Position numbers and translations under genes: made by a program | Part shown: positions 39,840-50,296 of the stretch, piece after piece | Position numbering within the stretch: the first letter of the stretch is position 1 | Layout of the letters: the number at the start of each line of letters is the position of its first letter | The notes under the pieces: generated by a model | What the model was told of the DNA's origin: nothing | Database searches by the model: none | The model's input: the letters and a program-made list of their open reading frames with translations, nothing else | NCBI GenBank assembly: GCA_030538415.1 | Contig: JAUNTY010000003.1 | Coordinates: 20,030-84,029 of the forward strand | Direction: 5' to 3' | Length of the DNA: 64,000 nucleotides | From: Neisseria sp. | GTDB taxonomy: Bacteria > Pseudomonadota > Gammaproteobacteria > Burkholderiales > Neisseriaceae

Positions 39840-40346
39840 TCAATCAATTTTCATATACTGTACCGACAAAATCTCAATCGTTTCGCGCCCGTCGGGGCCG
39901 TTGAGCACCACCTCGTCGCCCTCGCGCGCTTTAATCAGGCAACGTGCCAGCGGCGACACCCACGAAATCTTGTTCGCCGCCGTATCAATCTCATCCACGC
40001 CGACGATTTTCACCGTCTGCTCGCTGCCGTCGCCGCGCAGCAATTCCACCGTGGCGCTGAAAAACACCTGATCGGTCGGCTCACGCGCTTCGGGGTCAAC
40101 CACCACCGCCGCTTCCAAGCGCTTGGTGAGAAAACGGATACGGCGGTCGATTTCGCGCATGCGCCGTTTGCCGTAAAGATAATCGCCGTTTTCGCTGCGG
40201 TCACCATTACCCGCCGCCCAGTTTACAATCTGCACGATTTCTGGGCGCTCTTTGTGCACCAACTGATAAAGCTCGTCTTTCAGCGCCTGCCAGCCGACGG
40301 GCGTAATGTAGTTTTTCGGTGCGGATTGCGGGGTATCGTTACTCAT
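39840..40346 (-). CDS. greB: Transcription elongation factor GreB
   Basis: WAAGNGDRSENGDYLYGKRRMREIDRRIRFL matches the GreB-specific region rather than GreA. The start is set at MSNDTP. Confidence 0.82.
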   Translation of the reverse strand: MSNDTPQSAPKNYITPVGWQALKDELYQLVHKERPEIVQIVNWAAGNGDRSENGDYLYGKRRMREIDRRIRFLTKRLEAAVVVDPEAREPTDQVFFSATVELLRGDGSEQTVKIVGVDEIDTAANKISWVSPLARCLIKAREGDEVVLNGPDGRETIEILSVQYMKID

Positions 40347-40381
40347 TTTCAAGGCCGTCTGCAAAGATGAAACAAAATTGA

Positions 40382-40459
40382 TATAGTCGTTTCAATTTAG
40401 ATTGAGACAAGGCAGCAAGGCGCAGTAACGCTGTATCAAACTAAATTGGAACGGCTATA
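40382..40459. repeat. Family A-type element, inverted-repeat variant 3, short form
   Basis: TATAGTCGTTTCAATTTAGATTGAGACAAGGCAGCAAGGCGCAGTAACGCTGTATCAAACTAAATTGGAACGGCTATA. Confidence 0.65.
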
Positions 40460-40536
40460 CTATTCTACTGCTTTATATAAAGTAACCAAAGGCCGTCTGA
40501 AACTTTTCTTTCAGACGGCCTTTTAATCAACCTGCC

Positions 40537-41919
40537 TCATTCCAAATCGCCGCTCACATAAACCGTGCCGCCGCTTTTGTCTTCCGGCAATACCAGATTC
40601 AGAATCACCGCCATGATGCCGCCGGCTGAAATCGAATTTTGAAACAACACCGGCAGGTTTTGAAACACTTCCGGCTCAAACGCCACGCCCAAGCCGATGC
40701 CGACCGAAGTGGCGGCAATCACGGCTTCGCGGCGGCGGATGCCGTTGCTCACCAAAATGCGTACGCCCGCAATCGCAATCAGGCCGAACATCAACACCAT
40801 CGCGCCACCGAGCACCGGGCTGGGAATGGTGGTGAAGGCGCGGCCGATAACGGGGAACAGGCCGAGCAGAATCAGAATCGCGGCGATGTATTTGCCGACA
40901 TGGCGCGAGGCCACACCGGTCATTTGAATCACGCCGTTGTTTTGCGCGAAGGTGGTCAAGGGCAGCGAACCGAGCGCGGTGGCAATCACCGACACCAAAC
41001 CGTCGGCCATCACGCCGCCTTTCAGACGGCCTGTGTATTCTTCGCCCTCAATCGGCTGGTCGGACACCATCGCCGTGGCGGTAAGGTCGCCCACGGCTTC
41101 AAACACGCTCAACAAATAAATCGCACCGGCCACGATAAACGCATGCCAATCAAACGCAAAACCATATTTAAACGGCACGGGCACGGTAATCAGCGGCAGA
41201 TTATCCAGCGCGGAGAAATCCACTTTGCCCATAAATAATGCCACGATATAGCCGACAATCAGGCCGACGGCGATGCCGCTCATGCGCAACAGCGGGTTTT
41301 TCATGCAGTTGAACAACAACACAATCAGCAACACCAGCGCGGCCAAACCGAGGTTTTCCATCGAGCCGAACGTGCCGTCTGCCTTCGCGCCGAAGCCGCC
41401 GCCGAAATCGGTAATCCCGACATGAATCAGGCTCAAGCCGATCAGCATCACCACCACGCCGCTCACCGTCGGCGTAATCACTTTTTTCAGATAAGGCAAC
41501 AGCCAGGCGGAAAAGCACACCAAAAACGCGCCGACAAACGACACGCCAAGCAGCGTCGAAATCATCGCGTTTTCATCCATGCCGCCCTCTTTCATGCCCG
41601 TGCCCAGCGCAATCATCACGGTGACGAAGGAAAAATTCACCGACTGAATCGACAGCATCCCCGAGCCGACCGGGCCGAAACGGTGCACCTGCAAATAAGT
41701 GCCGATGCCCGAAGCCACCATCGCCATCGACACCAGATAAGCCGTCATCTCCACCGGCAGTTGCAGCGCGCCGCCGACAATCAGCGCGGGCGTAATCATC
41801 GGCACGAAAATCGCCAAAAGATGGGTAATCGCGCTCAACAATGCATTCATAAATGGCGGTTTGTCTTCGAGTCGATAGACCAAATCGGGGGCTTCGGCGC
41901 TTTTCGGGGGCATGGTCAT
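40537..41919 (-). CDS. Nucleobase:cation symporter-2 (NCS2) family permease (xanthine/uracil-type)
   Basis: The start is set at MTMPPK with an AAGGA Shine-Dalgarno sequence. About 13 transmembrane helices with typical NCS2 motifs. The 70 codons upstream in the track ORF are MITE read-through. Confidence 0.8.
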   Translation of the reverse strand: MTMPPKSAEAPDLVYRLEDKPPFMNALLSAITHLLAIFVPMITPALIVGGALQLPVEMTAYLVSMAMVASGIGTYLQVHRFGPVGSGMLSIQSVNFSFVTVMIALGTGMKEGGMDENAMISTLLGVSFVGAFLVCFSAWLLPYLKKVITPTVSGVVVMLIGLSLIHVGITDFGGGFGAKADGTFGSMENLGLAALVLLIVLLFNCMKNPLLRMSGIAVGLIVGYIVALFMGKVDFSALDNLPLITVPVPFKYGFAFDWHAFIVAGAIYLLSVFEAVGDLTATAMVSDQPIEGEEYTGRLKGGVMADGLVSVIATALGSLPLTTFAQNNGVIQMTGVASRHVGKYIAAILILLGLFPVIGRAFTTIPSPVLGGAMVLMFGLIAIAGVRILVSNGIRRREAVIAATSVGIGLGVAFEPEVFQNLPVLFQNSISAGGIMAVILNLVLPEDKSGGTVYVSGDLE

Positions 41920-42053
41920 GCGTTTTCCTTGTATCGAAAAATGGGAGAATGCTAAAAAATGTAAGCGCGAATTGTATACAATCTTGGCCGCCGCTTCAAT
42001 TTTCACGCCCGCTTTTTCATTCCGGCGCGCGCGGAAACCACACCCGGCCGCCA

Positions 42054-42161
42054 TATAGTCGGAGAAATTAGATTCTGATACAAGGCGGCGAGCCGCAGAC
42101 AGTACAGATAGTACGACAAGGCGAGCCAACGCCGTAGCAGAAACTCATTTCTTCGACTACA
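42054..42161. repeat. Family A Correia-like element, long form
   Basis: TATAGTCGGAGAAATTAGATTCTGATACAAGGCGGCGAGCCGCAGACAGTACAGATAGTACGACAAGGCGAGCCAACGCCGTAGCAGAAACTCATTTCTTCGACTACA. Confidence 0.8.
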
Positions 42162-42290
42162 TTCTTTCAGACGGCCTCCAAACCTTTGCAAACCTTTGCA
42201 GGCCGTCTGAAACCAATATTTCACACAATCCGTAAAGTAGGCTACAATCACAGCAATTTTCCGAATGTTCCGACAAATAAAGGTTCAACC

Positions 42291-43166
42291 ATGTTACAAG
42301 GCAGCCTGGTCGCCCTGATTACCCCGATGAATCAAGACGGCAGCGTGAATTTCGAGCAACTCAAATCCCTCATTGATTGGCACATCGAAAGCGGCACCGA
42401 CGGCATCGTCGCCGTCGGCACCACCGGCGAGAGCGCCACCTTATCGGTTGACGAACACATGCTCGTCATCGAAACTACGGTCAAACACGTCAACAAACGC
42501 GTGCCCGTCATCGCAGGCACCGGCGCCAACAACACCGCCGAAGCCATCGAGCTTTCCCGCGCCGCCGAGCGCGTGGGCGCGGATTACACCCTCTCGGTCG
42601 TCCCCTATTACAACAAGCCCTCGCAAGAAGGCATTTACCGCCATTTCAAAGCCATCGCCGAAGCCACGTCGATTCCGATGATTGTGTATAACGTGCCCGG
42701 CCGCACCGTGGTCAACATGAGCAACGACACCATCCTGCGCCTGGCCGAGATTCCCAATATCGTCGGCGTGAAAGAAGCCAGCGGCGACATCGCCCGCGAA
42801 ATCGACCTCATCAACCGCGCCCCCGCAGGCTTCGCCGTTTATTCCGGCGACGACCCCACCGGCATGGCCTTCATGTTTTGCGGCGGCGACGGTGTGATTT
42901 CCGTCGTGGCCAACGTTGCGCCCAAGCTCTTCGCCGACATGTGCCGCGAATCGCTGGCAGGCAGGCTCGAAGCCGCCCGCAGGCTCAATGCAACGCTGAT
43001 TCCGCTTTATGACGTGATGTTTTGCGAGCCCAGCCCCGCCGCGCCCAAATGGGCCGCCGCACACCTCGGCCAATGCGAAGCCCACGTGCGTTTGCCGATT
43101 ATTGAACTTTCCGCCGATGGCCAGGCCAAAGTACGCAGCGCGCTTGCCGCCGCCAAACTGATTTAA
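42291..43166 (+). CDS. dapA: 4-hydroxy-tetrahydrodipicolinate synthase
   Basis: The start is set at [13 protein letters not shown]. Contains GTTGE and the catalytic Lys region (VGVKEAS). Confidence 0.9.
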   Translation: MLQGSLVALITPMNQDGSVNFEQLKSLIDWHIESGTDGIVAVGTTGESATLSVDEHMLVIETTVKHVNKRVPVIAGTGANNTAEAIELSRAAERVGADYTLSVVPYYNKPSQEGIYRHFKAIAEATSIPMIVYNVPGRTVVNMSNDTILRLAEIPNIVGVKEASGDIAREIDLINRAPAGFAVYSGDDPTGMAFMFCGGDGVISVVANVAPKLFADMCRESLAGRLEAARRLNATLIPLYDVMFCEPSPAAPKWAAAHLGQCEAHVRLPIIELSADGQAKVRSALAAAKLI

Positions 43167-43182
43167 TCCACAGGAAACATCC

Positions 43183-44319
43183 ATGAAAAATGCAATGAAA
43201 CCGGCTGTATTAGCCATCGCCCTGATGAGCGTGGCTGCCTGTTCCAGCAATAAAGAGCAACCGCTGCTCGACTATCAGACCCAAAACCGCAAAGTGGTGA
43301 ACCTGGAAGTGCCGCCCGACCTCACCAACCCCAACCAGGGCAATCTGTATCAGATTCCCGCAGGCTCCGGTGCCGTGCGCGCCAGCGACATCAACCGCAC
43401 CCAAGCCGTGCAACAGCCCGCCAATCAGGCCGTGTTGCAAAGCGTGAAAGGCGTGCACATGGAGCGCGACGGCAGCCAGCGCTGGCTGGTGGTCGACGGC
43501 AAAACCCCTGCCGAAATCTGGCCACTCTTGAAAGTGTTTTGGCAGGAAAACGGCTTTGAAATCAAATCGGAAGAGCCCGCCATCGGCCAGATGGAAACCG
43601 AATGGGCGGAAAACCGCGCCAAAATCCCGCAAGACACCCTGCGCCGCATGTTTGAGCGCGTAGGCCTCGGCGGCATTTATTCCACCAGCGAGCGCGACAA
43701 GTTCATCACCCGCATCGAGCAGGGCAGAAACGGCACCACCGACGTATTCTTCGGCCACCGCGGCATGCAGGAAGTGTATGGCGACAAAAATCAGGACACC
43801 ACCATGTGGCAGCCGCGCCCCAACGACCCCAATCTGGAAGCCGCCTTCCTCGCCCGCTTCATGCAGTATCTGGGTGCAGACAACCAACAGGTTGAAAACG
43901 AGCTGACCAAAACCGCCCAATCCAACCGCCCCGCAGGCAGCGCCGAGCTGGCACGCCTTGAGGGCAACAGCATTGTGGTCAGCGGCGACTACGACCGCAA
44001 CTGGCGCCGCACCGCGCTGGCGCTCGACCGCATCGGTCTGACCGTGCTCGGCCAGAATACCGAACGCCACGCCTTTCTGGTGCAACCTGCCCCGCAGGAA
44101 GGCCAAGCCGTGACCGACGGTAAAAAACCGGGCTTCTTCAAACGCATCTTCGGCAAAGGCAAAACAGAAGCCGCACCGACGGCCGCACCGGAAATGATTG
44201 TGTACGCAGAACCCGTCAGCGGCGGCTCTCGCATCACCCTGCTCAACCGCGACGGCAGCGCCTACACCGGCCGCGACGCCTCTACCTGGCTTGGCCGCCT
44301 GCACACCGAATTGCGCTAA
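43183..44319 (+). CDS. bamC: Outer membrane protein assembly factor BamC (NlpB) lipoprotein
   Basis: Lipobox VAAC after the signal peptide. Synteny immediately after dapA is the canonical dapA-nlpB arrangement; 378 aa. Confidence 0.75.
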   Translation: MKNAMKPAVLAIALMSVAACSSNKEQPLLDYQTQNRKVVNLEVPPDLTNPNQGNLYQIPAGSGAVRASDINRTQAVQQPANQAVLQSVKGVHMERDGSQRWLVVDGKTPAEIWPLLKVFWQENGFEIKSEEPAIGQMETEWAENRAKIPQDTLRRMFERVGLGGIYSTSERDKFITRIEQGRNGTTDVFFGHRGMQEVYGDKNQDTTMWQPRPNDPNLEAAFLARFMQYLGADNQQVENELTKTAQSNRPAGSAELARLEGNSIVVSGDYDRNWRRTALALDRIGLTVLGQNTERHAFLVQPAPQEGQAVTDGKKPGFFKRIFGKGKTEAAPTAAPEMIVYAEPVSGGSRITLLNRDGSAYTGRDASTWLGRLHTELR

Positions 44320-44699
44320 AACGCAGCCTCTTCTCACAGCCTCCGCCCGCGGAGGCTGTTTTGTTGACGGCCGGGTTACGACAGAGGCCGTTTGAAGCCG
44401 CTATAGTGAAATCAACATCAAACCGCAGCAAAATAGCAGGTCGCAGGCCGCACAGCAGTATCGTTAAGTCGCGACAGACCGGGCAGTGATGACCGACATT
44501 CTCAGGCCGTCTGAAATATTCGCGGCCCATACAAATTACCGGGCATGACCGCCCGACCTGCCGCATATACGGCCAGGTTTTTATGCTGCGATTTCAGACG
44601 GCCTACAGCCCTGCTCCGCCCCACGCAACATTTTTTCAGACGACCATTCCCATAGCCGTTATAATCAAGCCCTTATTTCAGCCCGATTTTCATTTTATG

Positions 44700-44933
44700 A
44701 GCAAACGCAAAACCTATCTTGTCGGCATTGCCCTTTTCACGCTTTTATTTATGGCATTGATATTGCTGGGCAGCTGGCTGCTTTCCATCGAAAGCCGCCA
44801 ATACGCCATAGCCTGCTTCCTGTTCGGCTTTGGCGCCGTGTTCGGCCAAATCGGCTGCCTCGCGCTGTATGCCCGCGAAGCCGCGCGCGACAAGGCGCGT
44901 CTGGCCGCATCACAAGGAAACCGCCATGTTTGA
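44700..44933 (+). CDS. Small hypothetical membrane protein (77 aa, 2 transmembrane helices) translationally coupled to rdgB
   Basis: Its TGA stop overlaps rdgB codons 2-3. Confidence 0.45.
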   Translation, partial: SKRKTYLVGIALFTLLFMALILLGSWLLSIESRQYAIACFLFGFGAVFGQIGCLALYAREAARDKARLAASQGNRHV

Positions 44934-45531
44934 CGAAATCGTTTTGGCCAGCAGCAACGCGGGCAAACTGAAAGAATTCTCGCGCTGGTTTGCCGAACGC
45001 AATATCCGGGTATTGCCGCAGTCAGACTTCGACGTGCCCGAATGCCCCGAGCCGCACGCCACCTTTGTCGAAAACGCCATCGCCAAAGCCCGCCACGCCA
45101 GCAAATACAGCGGCAAACCCGCGCTGGCCGACGATTCCGGCATCTGCGCCGTCGCCTTGGGCGGCGCGCCCGGCATTTATTCCGCCCGTTTTGCCGGAGA
45201 AAACCCCAAATCCGATACGGCCAACAACGCCAAACTCTCCGCCGAACTCACCTCACACAGCAATCCAAGCGTGTATTACGTTTGCGTGTTGGTATTGGTG
45301 CGGCATGAAAACGACCCGCAGCCCATCATCGCCGAAGGCATCTGGCGCGGCCGTTGGCAACCCGAAGCCGCAGGCAGCGGCGGCTTCGGCTACGACCCGC
45401 ATTTTTATCTGCCCGAACAAGGCTGCACCGCTGCCGAACTCGCGCCCGAGGTAAAAAACCAAATCAGCCACCGTGGTTTGGCTTTGATTGAACTGAAGCA
45501 GCAAATCGACTTGCTCTATCCGCAAGATTAA
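44926..45531 (+). CDS. rdgB: Non-canonical purine NTP pyrophosphatase (dITP/XTP) RdgB/HAM1
   Basis: Starts MFDEIVLASSNAGKLKEF. Contains SKYSGKPALADDSGICAVALGGAPGIYSARF and GFGYDPHF. Confidence 0.9.
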   Translation: MFDEIVLASSNAGKLKEFSRWFAERNIRVLPQSDFDVPECPEPHATFVENAIAKARHASKYSGKPALADDSGICAVALGGAPGIYSARFAGENPKSDTANNAKLSAELTSHSNPSVYYVCVLVLVRHENDPQPIIAEGIWRGRWQPEAAGSGGFGYDPHFYLPEQGCTAAELAPEVKNQISHRGLALIELKQQIDLLYPQD

Positions 45532-45550
45532 GCACAAGGCCGTCTGAACC

Positions 45551-46045
45551 ATGTCACCCAAGCAACTCACCCTTATTGTTATCCGCCTGCTGTTGCTCTA
45601 TAGCGCCCTTCAGTTTCTTGGCGCGCTGTTGTCGGCCTTTGTGGCGCCGCCAAGCTTCGACAGCGATGGGGCGCTTTGGCAGTATGTCGCCCTGTTTGCC
45701 ATTCTCGCTGTCGCTTGGGTTGCCGTTTTCGGTTTGCTGTGGAAGCTGTCGCCCAAAATCGCCGCCTGGTTGCTGCCCGAGCGCTTGGCCACGCCGGAGC
45801 CGATGCCACAAAATCCGATGCTGTGGCTGAATGCCGCGCTGGTCTTGATGGGCATCTGGCTATTGGCCACCTCGCTGGGTACGCTGCTGGTCGGCCTCTA
45901 CCGGTTGGTTTATTGGCAAATGGCCAGCTCTTTTGCTTTCGCGATGTCCGCTCTGACAGCCGACATCATTCGCGCCCTCATCGGTTTGTTGCTGTGTCTG
46001 AAACCCTTGTGGTTCAGCCGTTGGATTCGTAAAGTGATTTCTTGA
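45551..46045 (+). CDS. Hypothetical inner-membrane protein (164 aa, about 4 transmembrane helices)
   Basis: Hydrophobic ORF. No family is recognised. Confidence 0.55.
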   Translation: MSPKQLTLIVIRLLLLYSALQFLGALLSAFVAPPSFDSDGALWQYVALFAILAVAWVAVFGLLWKLSPKIAAWLLPERLATPEPMPQNPMLWLNAALVLMGIWLLATSLGTLLVGLYRLVYWQMASSFAFAMSALTADIIRALIGLLLCLKPLWFSRWIRKVIS

Positions 46046-46216
46046 AAACAAAAGGCCGTCTGAACGTTTTCAGACGGCCTGCGCAATCATTATTTTTGAT
46101 ACGGAAACGCCATAAACCCATGCCAACCCGCATCAGGCCGTCTGAAACCCGACTTGAAGCCAGCCGTCCTTAATCAAACGCGTTTCCATAAGCTGCCAGC
46201 AGAAAGCCACCCGACC

Positions 46217-47239
46217 ATGATACCCGCATCCGCTATTCCGGCGCTCCTCGCCGCCGTTTTATTCACCGCCACCGTTCATGCCGCCGACCTTTCCGGCGAA
46301 TACCGCCCCCGCCCCTGCGGCGAGCCGACCGGATGCGGCGCGATTATACTGCAAAAAGACGGCAGCTATGCCGCTGTCGGCTTCGGCTATGTCCAGATAG
46401 GCCGTTGGCAGCAGCAAAACCAATCCTTGCTGCTGACGCCCTACAATCCGTCCTTGCCTTTCAGCGCATTCGGCCGTCACAACCCGGACATCAAAGCAGG
46501 CCGCCGCATCGCTTTTGAAGGCGCGTTTGCTTTCATTTATGCCGGCCAATCTCCATCCAACGTCACAGCCCTCGACAAATTTCGCCAGGAATGCCCCGAC
46601 TCGGATTTTGCCTGGTGGCGCAGCGATGCCCGGCCGTTCTCGTTATTCATTCAGCCGCGCCCCTTCACATCTGCCTGGCCGTCTGTACGATACGATGTTG
46701 ACTTTAAACAATATAACGACATCATTATCCGCGATCACGGCGTTTACCAGAGCCCCATGCAGTTTGAGCTCATCCGCGGGGGTTTTGGCACCGCGCAAGA
46801 CGATTACGACACGACCTATCAAAAATTCGCCTCGCTGGATGACTGGAGCCCTGAAAATCAACAATGGCTGCGTCACCTGACCGCTCCGCTCGCCCAAACC
46901 GCCAAAGCCTCACCCGCTTACCGCAACCCCAACCACTGGCCGCTGCTGCCGATTGACGCGGCGGCCACGGTGGAAGACGGCAATTTATGGGTGGACATGA
47001 ACGATGAAGGCCGACGCCGTTTCAACAGACAAGACTACCGTTTTGACAAAGCCCGCAACGCTTATCTGCTGAAAAATGCCGACAACAACAGCGCCGATGG
47101 CTATGGCTACTACAACCGCAACATCATTTACCGCTACGAGCCCCTGGCCGTCAAAGCCGTGCCATCCGCCACATTCGACGCCACCTCGGCCGAACGCACC
47201 CCATTCCAATGTTTCCCGAAAACCAAGCAAGCATCATGA
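46217..47239 (+). CDS. Hypothetical secreted/periplasmic protein (~340 aa) of unknown function
   Basis: Signal peptide MIPASAIPALLAAVLFTATVHA. The stop overlaps the hemW start (ATGA). No motif is recognised. Confidence 0.55.
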   Translation: MIPASAIPALLAAVLFTATVHAADLSGEYRPRPCGEPTGCGAIILQKDGSYAAVGFGYVQIGRWQQQNQSLLLTPYNPSLPFSAFGRHNPDIKAGRRIAFEGAFAFIYAGQSPSNVTALDKFRQECPDSDFAWWRSDARPFSLFIQPRPFTSAWPSVRYDVDFKQYNDIIIRDHGVYQSPMQFELIRGGFGTAQDDYDTTYQKFASLDDWSPENQQWLRHLTAPLAQTAKASPAYRNPNHWPLLPIDAAATVEDGNLWVDMNDEGRRRFNRQDYRFDKARNAYLLKNADNNSADGYGYYNRNIIYRYEPLAVKAVPSATFDATSAERTPFQCFPKTKQAS

Positions 47240-48411
47240 ACCCCATCAGCTTCCCGCAAGCAGGCAAACTCACCGCCCTGCCGCCCTTGTCGCTTTACGT
47301 CCACATTCCGTGGTGCATCCAGAAATGCCCGTATTGCGACTTCAATTCCCACAAAATCAAGTCCGCGCTCGATGAAAATGCTTATATCAATGCGCTGCTT
47401 ACCGATTTGCAGAGCGAATTGCCGAATGTGTGGGGGCGGCCGGTGGAAACCGTCTTCATCGGCGGCGGCACGCCGAGCGTGTTTTCCGCCGCCGCCATCG
47501 ACCGGCTGCTCGGCGGCATCCGTTCGCTGGTAAAGCTGCAACCCGAAGCCGAAATCACCCTCGAAGCCAATCCCGGCACTTTTGAGCGCGAAAAATTCCA
47601 AGGCTTTAAAAACGCGGGAGTCACGCGGCTGTCCATCGGCGTGCAGAGTTTCGACGATGCCGCGCTTCAAGCCTTGGGGCGCATCCACAACAGCGGCGAA
47701 GCGCGTTTGGCGATTGATGCGGCCTTGGCGATTTTCGAGCGCGTCAACATCGACTTGATGTATGCCCTGCCCGGCCAAAGCGTTCAGACGGCCTTGCAAG
47801 ACGTGAAAACCGCGATTGCCAGCGGCGTGAGCCACATCAGCGCCTACCATTTGACCATGGAGCCGAACACGCCTTTCGGCCACACGCCGCCGCCCAACCT
47901 GCCGCCCGACGACACCGCGCTCGACATCGAAGACGCGGTGCACGGCGCATTGGCCGCCGCCGGTTTCGCCCACTACGAAACCTCCGCCTTCGCCAAGCCC
48001 GGCCAAGCCTGCCGCCACAACCTCAATTACTGGCAATTCGGCGACTACCTCGGCATCGGCGCGGGCGCACACGGCAAAATCTCCTACCACGACCACATCG
48101 AGCGCACCACCCGCCGCCGCCATCCCAACGACTACCTCGCCGCCATGCAGGGCAATCCGCAAACCGCCATCGAACGCCACACCGTCGCCGCCGAAGATTT
48201 GGCCTTCGAATTCATGATGAACGCCCTGCGCCTCACCGACGGCGTACCCGCCGCGCTGTTGCAGGAGCGCACCGGCATTCCCGCCGCCAAAATCATGGCG
48301 CAAATCGAAACCGCCCGCAAAAAAAGTTTGCTCGACCCCGACCCGACCGTATTCAGGCCGTCTGAACAAGGCAGGCGGTTTTTGAATGATTTGTTGCAGT
48401 GTTTTTTGTGA
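47236..48411 (+). CDS. hemW: Radical SAM heme chaperone HemW (HemN-like oxygen-independent coproporphyrinogen III oxidase family)
   Basis: CxxxCxxC radical-SAM motif (CIQKCPYCDF) and a HemN C-terminal domain. The start is set at MNPISFPQ. Confidence 0.85.
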   Translation: MNPISFPQAGKLTALPPLSLYVHIPWCIQKCPYCDFNSHKIKSALDENAYINALLTDLQSELPNVWGRPVETVFIGGGTPSVFSAAAIDRLLGGIRSLVKLQPEAEITLEANPGTFEREKFQGFKNAGVTRLSIGVQSFDDAALQALGRIHNSGEARLAIDAALAIFERVNIDLMYALPGQSVQTALQDVKTAIASGVSHISAYHLTMEPNTPFGHTPPPNLPPDDTALDIEDAVHGALAAAGFAHYETSAFAKPGQACRHNLNYWQFGDYLGIGAGAHGKISYHDHIERTTRRRHPNDYLAAMQGNPQTAIERHTVAAEDLAFEFMMNALRLTDGVPAALLQERTGIPAAKIMAQIETARKKSLLDPDPTVFRPSEQGRRFLNDLLQCFL

Positions 48412-48424
48412 TTGTGTTAAGAAT

Positions 48425-48700
48425 AGATGTTCAGACGGCATCGGATAAAGCCGATGCCGTCTGAAACGCCGACCGCCGTCATACCGACGCAGGTCGGTAT
48501 CCACGTTCGAATCTCCAATCATGCCTGATGCCGCCTGAAACCGCCGTAGGTCGGATTCTCGAATCCGACATTTGCCCCAAAAGCAAACTTCTCCATCCGC
48601 CGCCATGCCTATTCTGCGAACCCTACAATATGGATGCCGCCTGAAACCCGTCCGAAACCATACCCGTTTGCCGCCGATTCCACGTATAATCACCCCGTCC
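48425..48700. repeat. Tandem array of three degenerate units, each beginning with a DUS-like GATGCCGYCTGAAAC and containing 8-bp-stem hairpins
   Basis: Units start at about 48431, 48526 and 48631. Hairpins ATACCGACGCAGGTCGGTAT and GTCGGATTCTCGAATCCGAC. Confidence 0.5.
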
Positions 48701-48727
48701 CCACACCATCCCGCTAAGGAATTTGTC

Positions 48728-49117
48728 ATGGCCAAAACCATCATCCACACCGACAACGCCCCCGCTGCCATCGGCGCTTATTCGCAAGCCGTGCGCGCGG
48801 GCAACACCGTTTACATGAGCGGTCAGATTCCGCTCGATCCGGCCGGCATGACCGTGGTCGGTGACGGCGATTTCCGTGCCGAAGCGCATCAGGTATTCAA
48901 AAACCTGCGCGCCGTGGCCGAAGCGGCGGGCGGCTCGCTCGACGACATCGTGAAAGTAAACGCCTACCTGACCGACCTCGGCAACTTCGCCACTTTTAAT
49001 GAAGTGATGGCCGAATACTTCTCCCAGCCCTTTCCCGCCCGCGCCGCCGTCGGCGTGGCCAGCCTGCCCAAAGGCGTGCAGGTGGAAGCCGAAGCAGTAT
49101 TGGTGTTGAACAGTTAA
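48728..49117 (+). CDS. ridA: Reactive intermediate/imine deaminase RidA (YjgF/TdcF family)
   Basis: 129 aa starting [22 protein letters not shown] with [12 protein letters not shown] at the C-terminus. AAGGA Shine-Dalgarno sequence. Confidence 0.88.
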   Translation: MAKTIIHTDNAPAAIGAYSQAVRAGNTVYMSGQIPLDPAGMTVVGDGDFRAEAHQVFKNLRAVAEAAGGSLDDIVKVNAYLTDLGNFATFNEVMAEYFSQPFPARAAVGVASLPKGVQVEAEAVLVLNS

Positions 49118-49185
49118 TCTTTGTTTCAGACGGCCTCTTTTAATATCAAGGCCGTCTGAAAACCATTCCATACATTAAAAAACAC

Positions 49186-50016
49186 ATGGCACACTACGCA
49201 ATCGGCGATTTGCAAGGCTGCTACGACGAGCTCGAAGCCCTGCTCGCCCAAATCAATTTCAATCACGGCACCGATACCCTCTGGCTCACCGGCGACATCG
49301 TCAACCGCGGCCCCAAATCGCTGCAATGCCTGCAATTTGCTATTGAGCATGAAAGCAGCGTGCAGATTGTACTCGGCAACCACGACCTGCACATGCTGGC
49401 CGTGTCCTACGGTTATGGCAAAATCAAGCGCGGCGACACCATCGCGCCGGTGCTCAACCATCCCGACAGCCGCAAAATGCTCGACTGGCTGCGCGCCCAG
49501 CCGCTGCTGATTCGCAGGCCGCATCACGTGATGGTGCACGCAGGCATGCTGCCGCAATGGTCGGTTGCTGAAGCCGAAAAACTGGCGCGCGAAGTGGAAG
49601 CCGAATTGCGCGGCGGCAAGGCACGCGAATATTTCGCCCATATGTATGGCAACAAACCGCGCGGCTGGCGCGACGGGCTCGAAGGCTACGACCGCCTGCG
49701 CGTGATTACCAACGCCTTCACCCGCATGCGCGCGCTCACTTACGACAACGAAATCGACTGTGATTTCAAGGCGGGCCCCGCCGACATGTCCGTCGGCCTA
49801 CGCGCCTGGTTTGAAGCGCCCAACCGCCAAAACCTCAGCCACAAAATCATCTTCGGCCACTGGTCGGCGCTGGGCTTTTTCAACGATTGCGGCGTGATTG
49901 CGCTCGACACCGGCGCGCTCTGGGGCGGCAAACTCACCGCCATCAATCTGGCCGACGAAGCCGTCAGCCAGGTGGAATCGCATACCGGATTGAGCTGGCA
50001 AACCGCCCTTTCCTGA
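49186..50016 (+). CDS. apaH: Bis(5'-nucleosyl)-tetraphosphatase (symmetrical)
   Basis: Starts MAHYAIGDLQGCYDEL. Metallophosphatase motifs GDIVNRG and GNHD; 276 aa. Confidence 0.9.
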   Translation: MAHYAIGDLQGCYDELEALLAQINFNHGTDTLWLTGDIVNRGPKSLQCLQFAIEHESSVQIVLGNHDLHMLAVSYGYGKIKRGDTIAPVLNHPDSRKMLDWLRAQPLLIRRPHHVMVHAGMLPQWSVAEAEKLAREVEAELRGGKAREYFAHMYGNKPRGWRDGLEGYDRLRVITNAFTRMRALTYDNEIDCDFKAGPADMSVGLRAWFEAPNRQNLSHKIIFGHWSALGFFNDCGVIALDTGALWGGKLTAINLADEAVSQVESHTGLSWQTALS

Positions 50017-50296
50017 CTGCCGGGAGCAGCACGACCAATGGCTTTCAGACGGCCTGTGTCTGTATGCCACAGTAAATTTTCAATGTAAGCATTTGTTTCA
50101 CCAAAATATTATAAAACCCACACCAAATTTTACAACTTGTTGTGATAAAAACTGTAGTTCTACTCTAATTCACCCCCACATTTAGAGTATAATGCCTATC
50201 AACAGATAACAAACCCACAATAAACACACCAAAACGGGAAGCCTCCGATGCTTCCTTCACACACACCTATAAAGGCACATAAAAGGAATTCCCACC

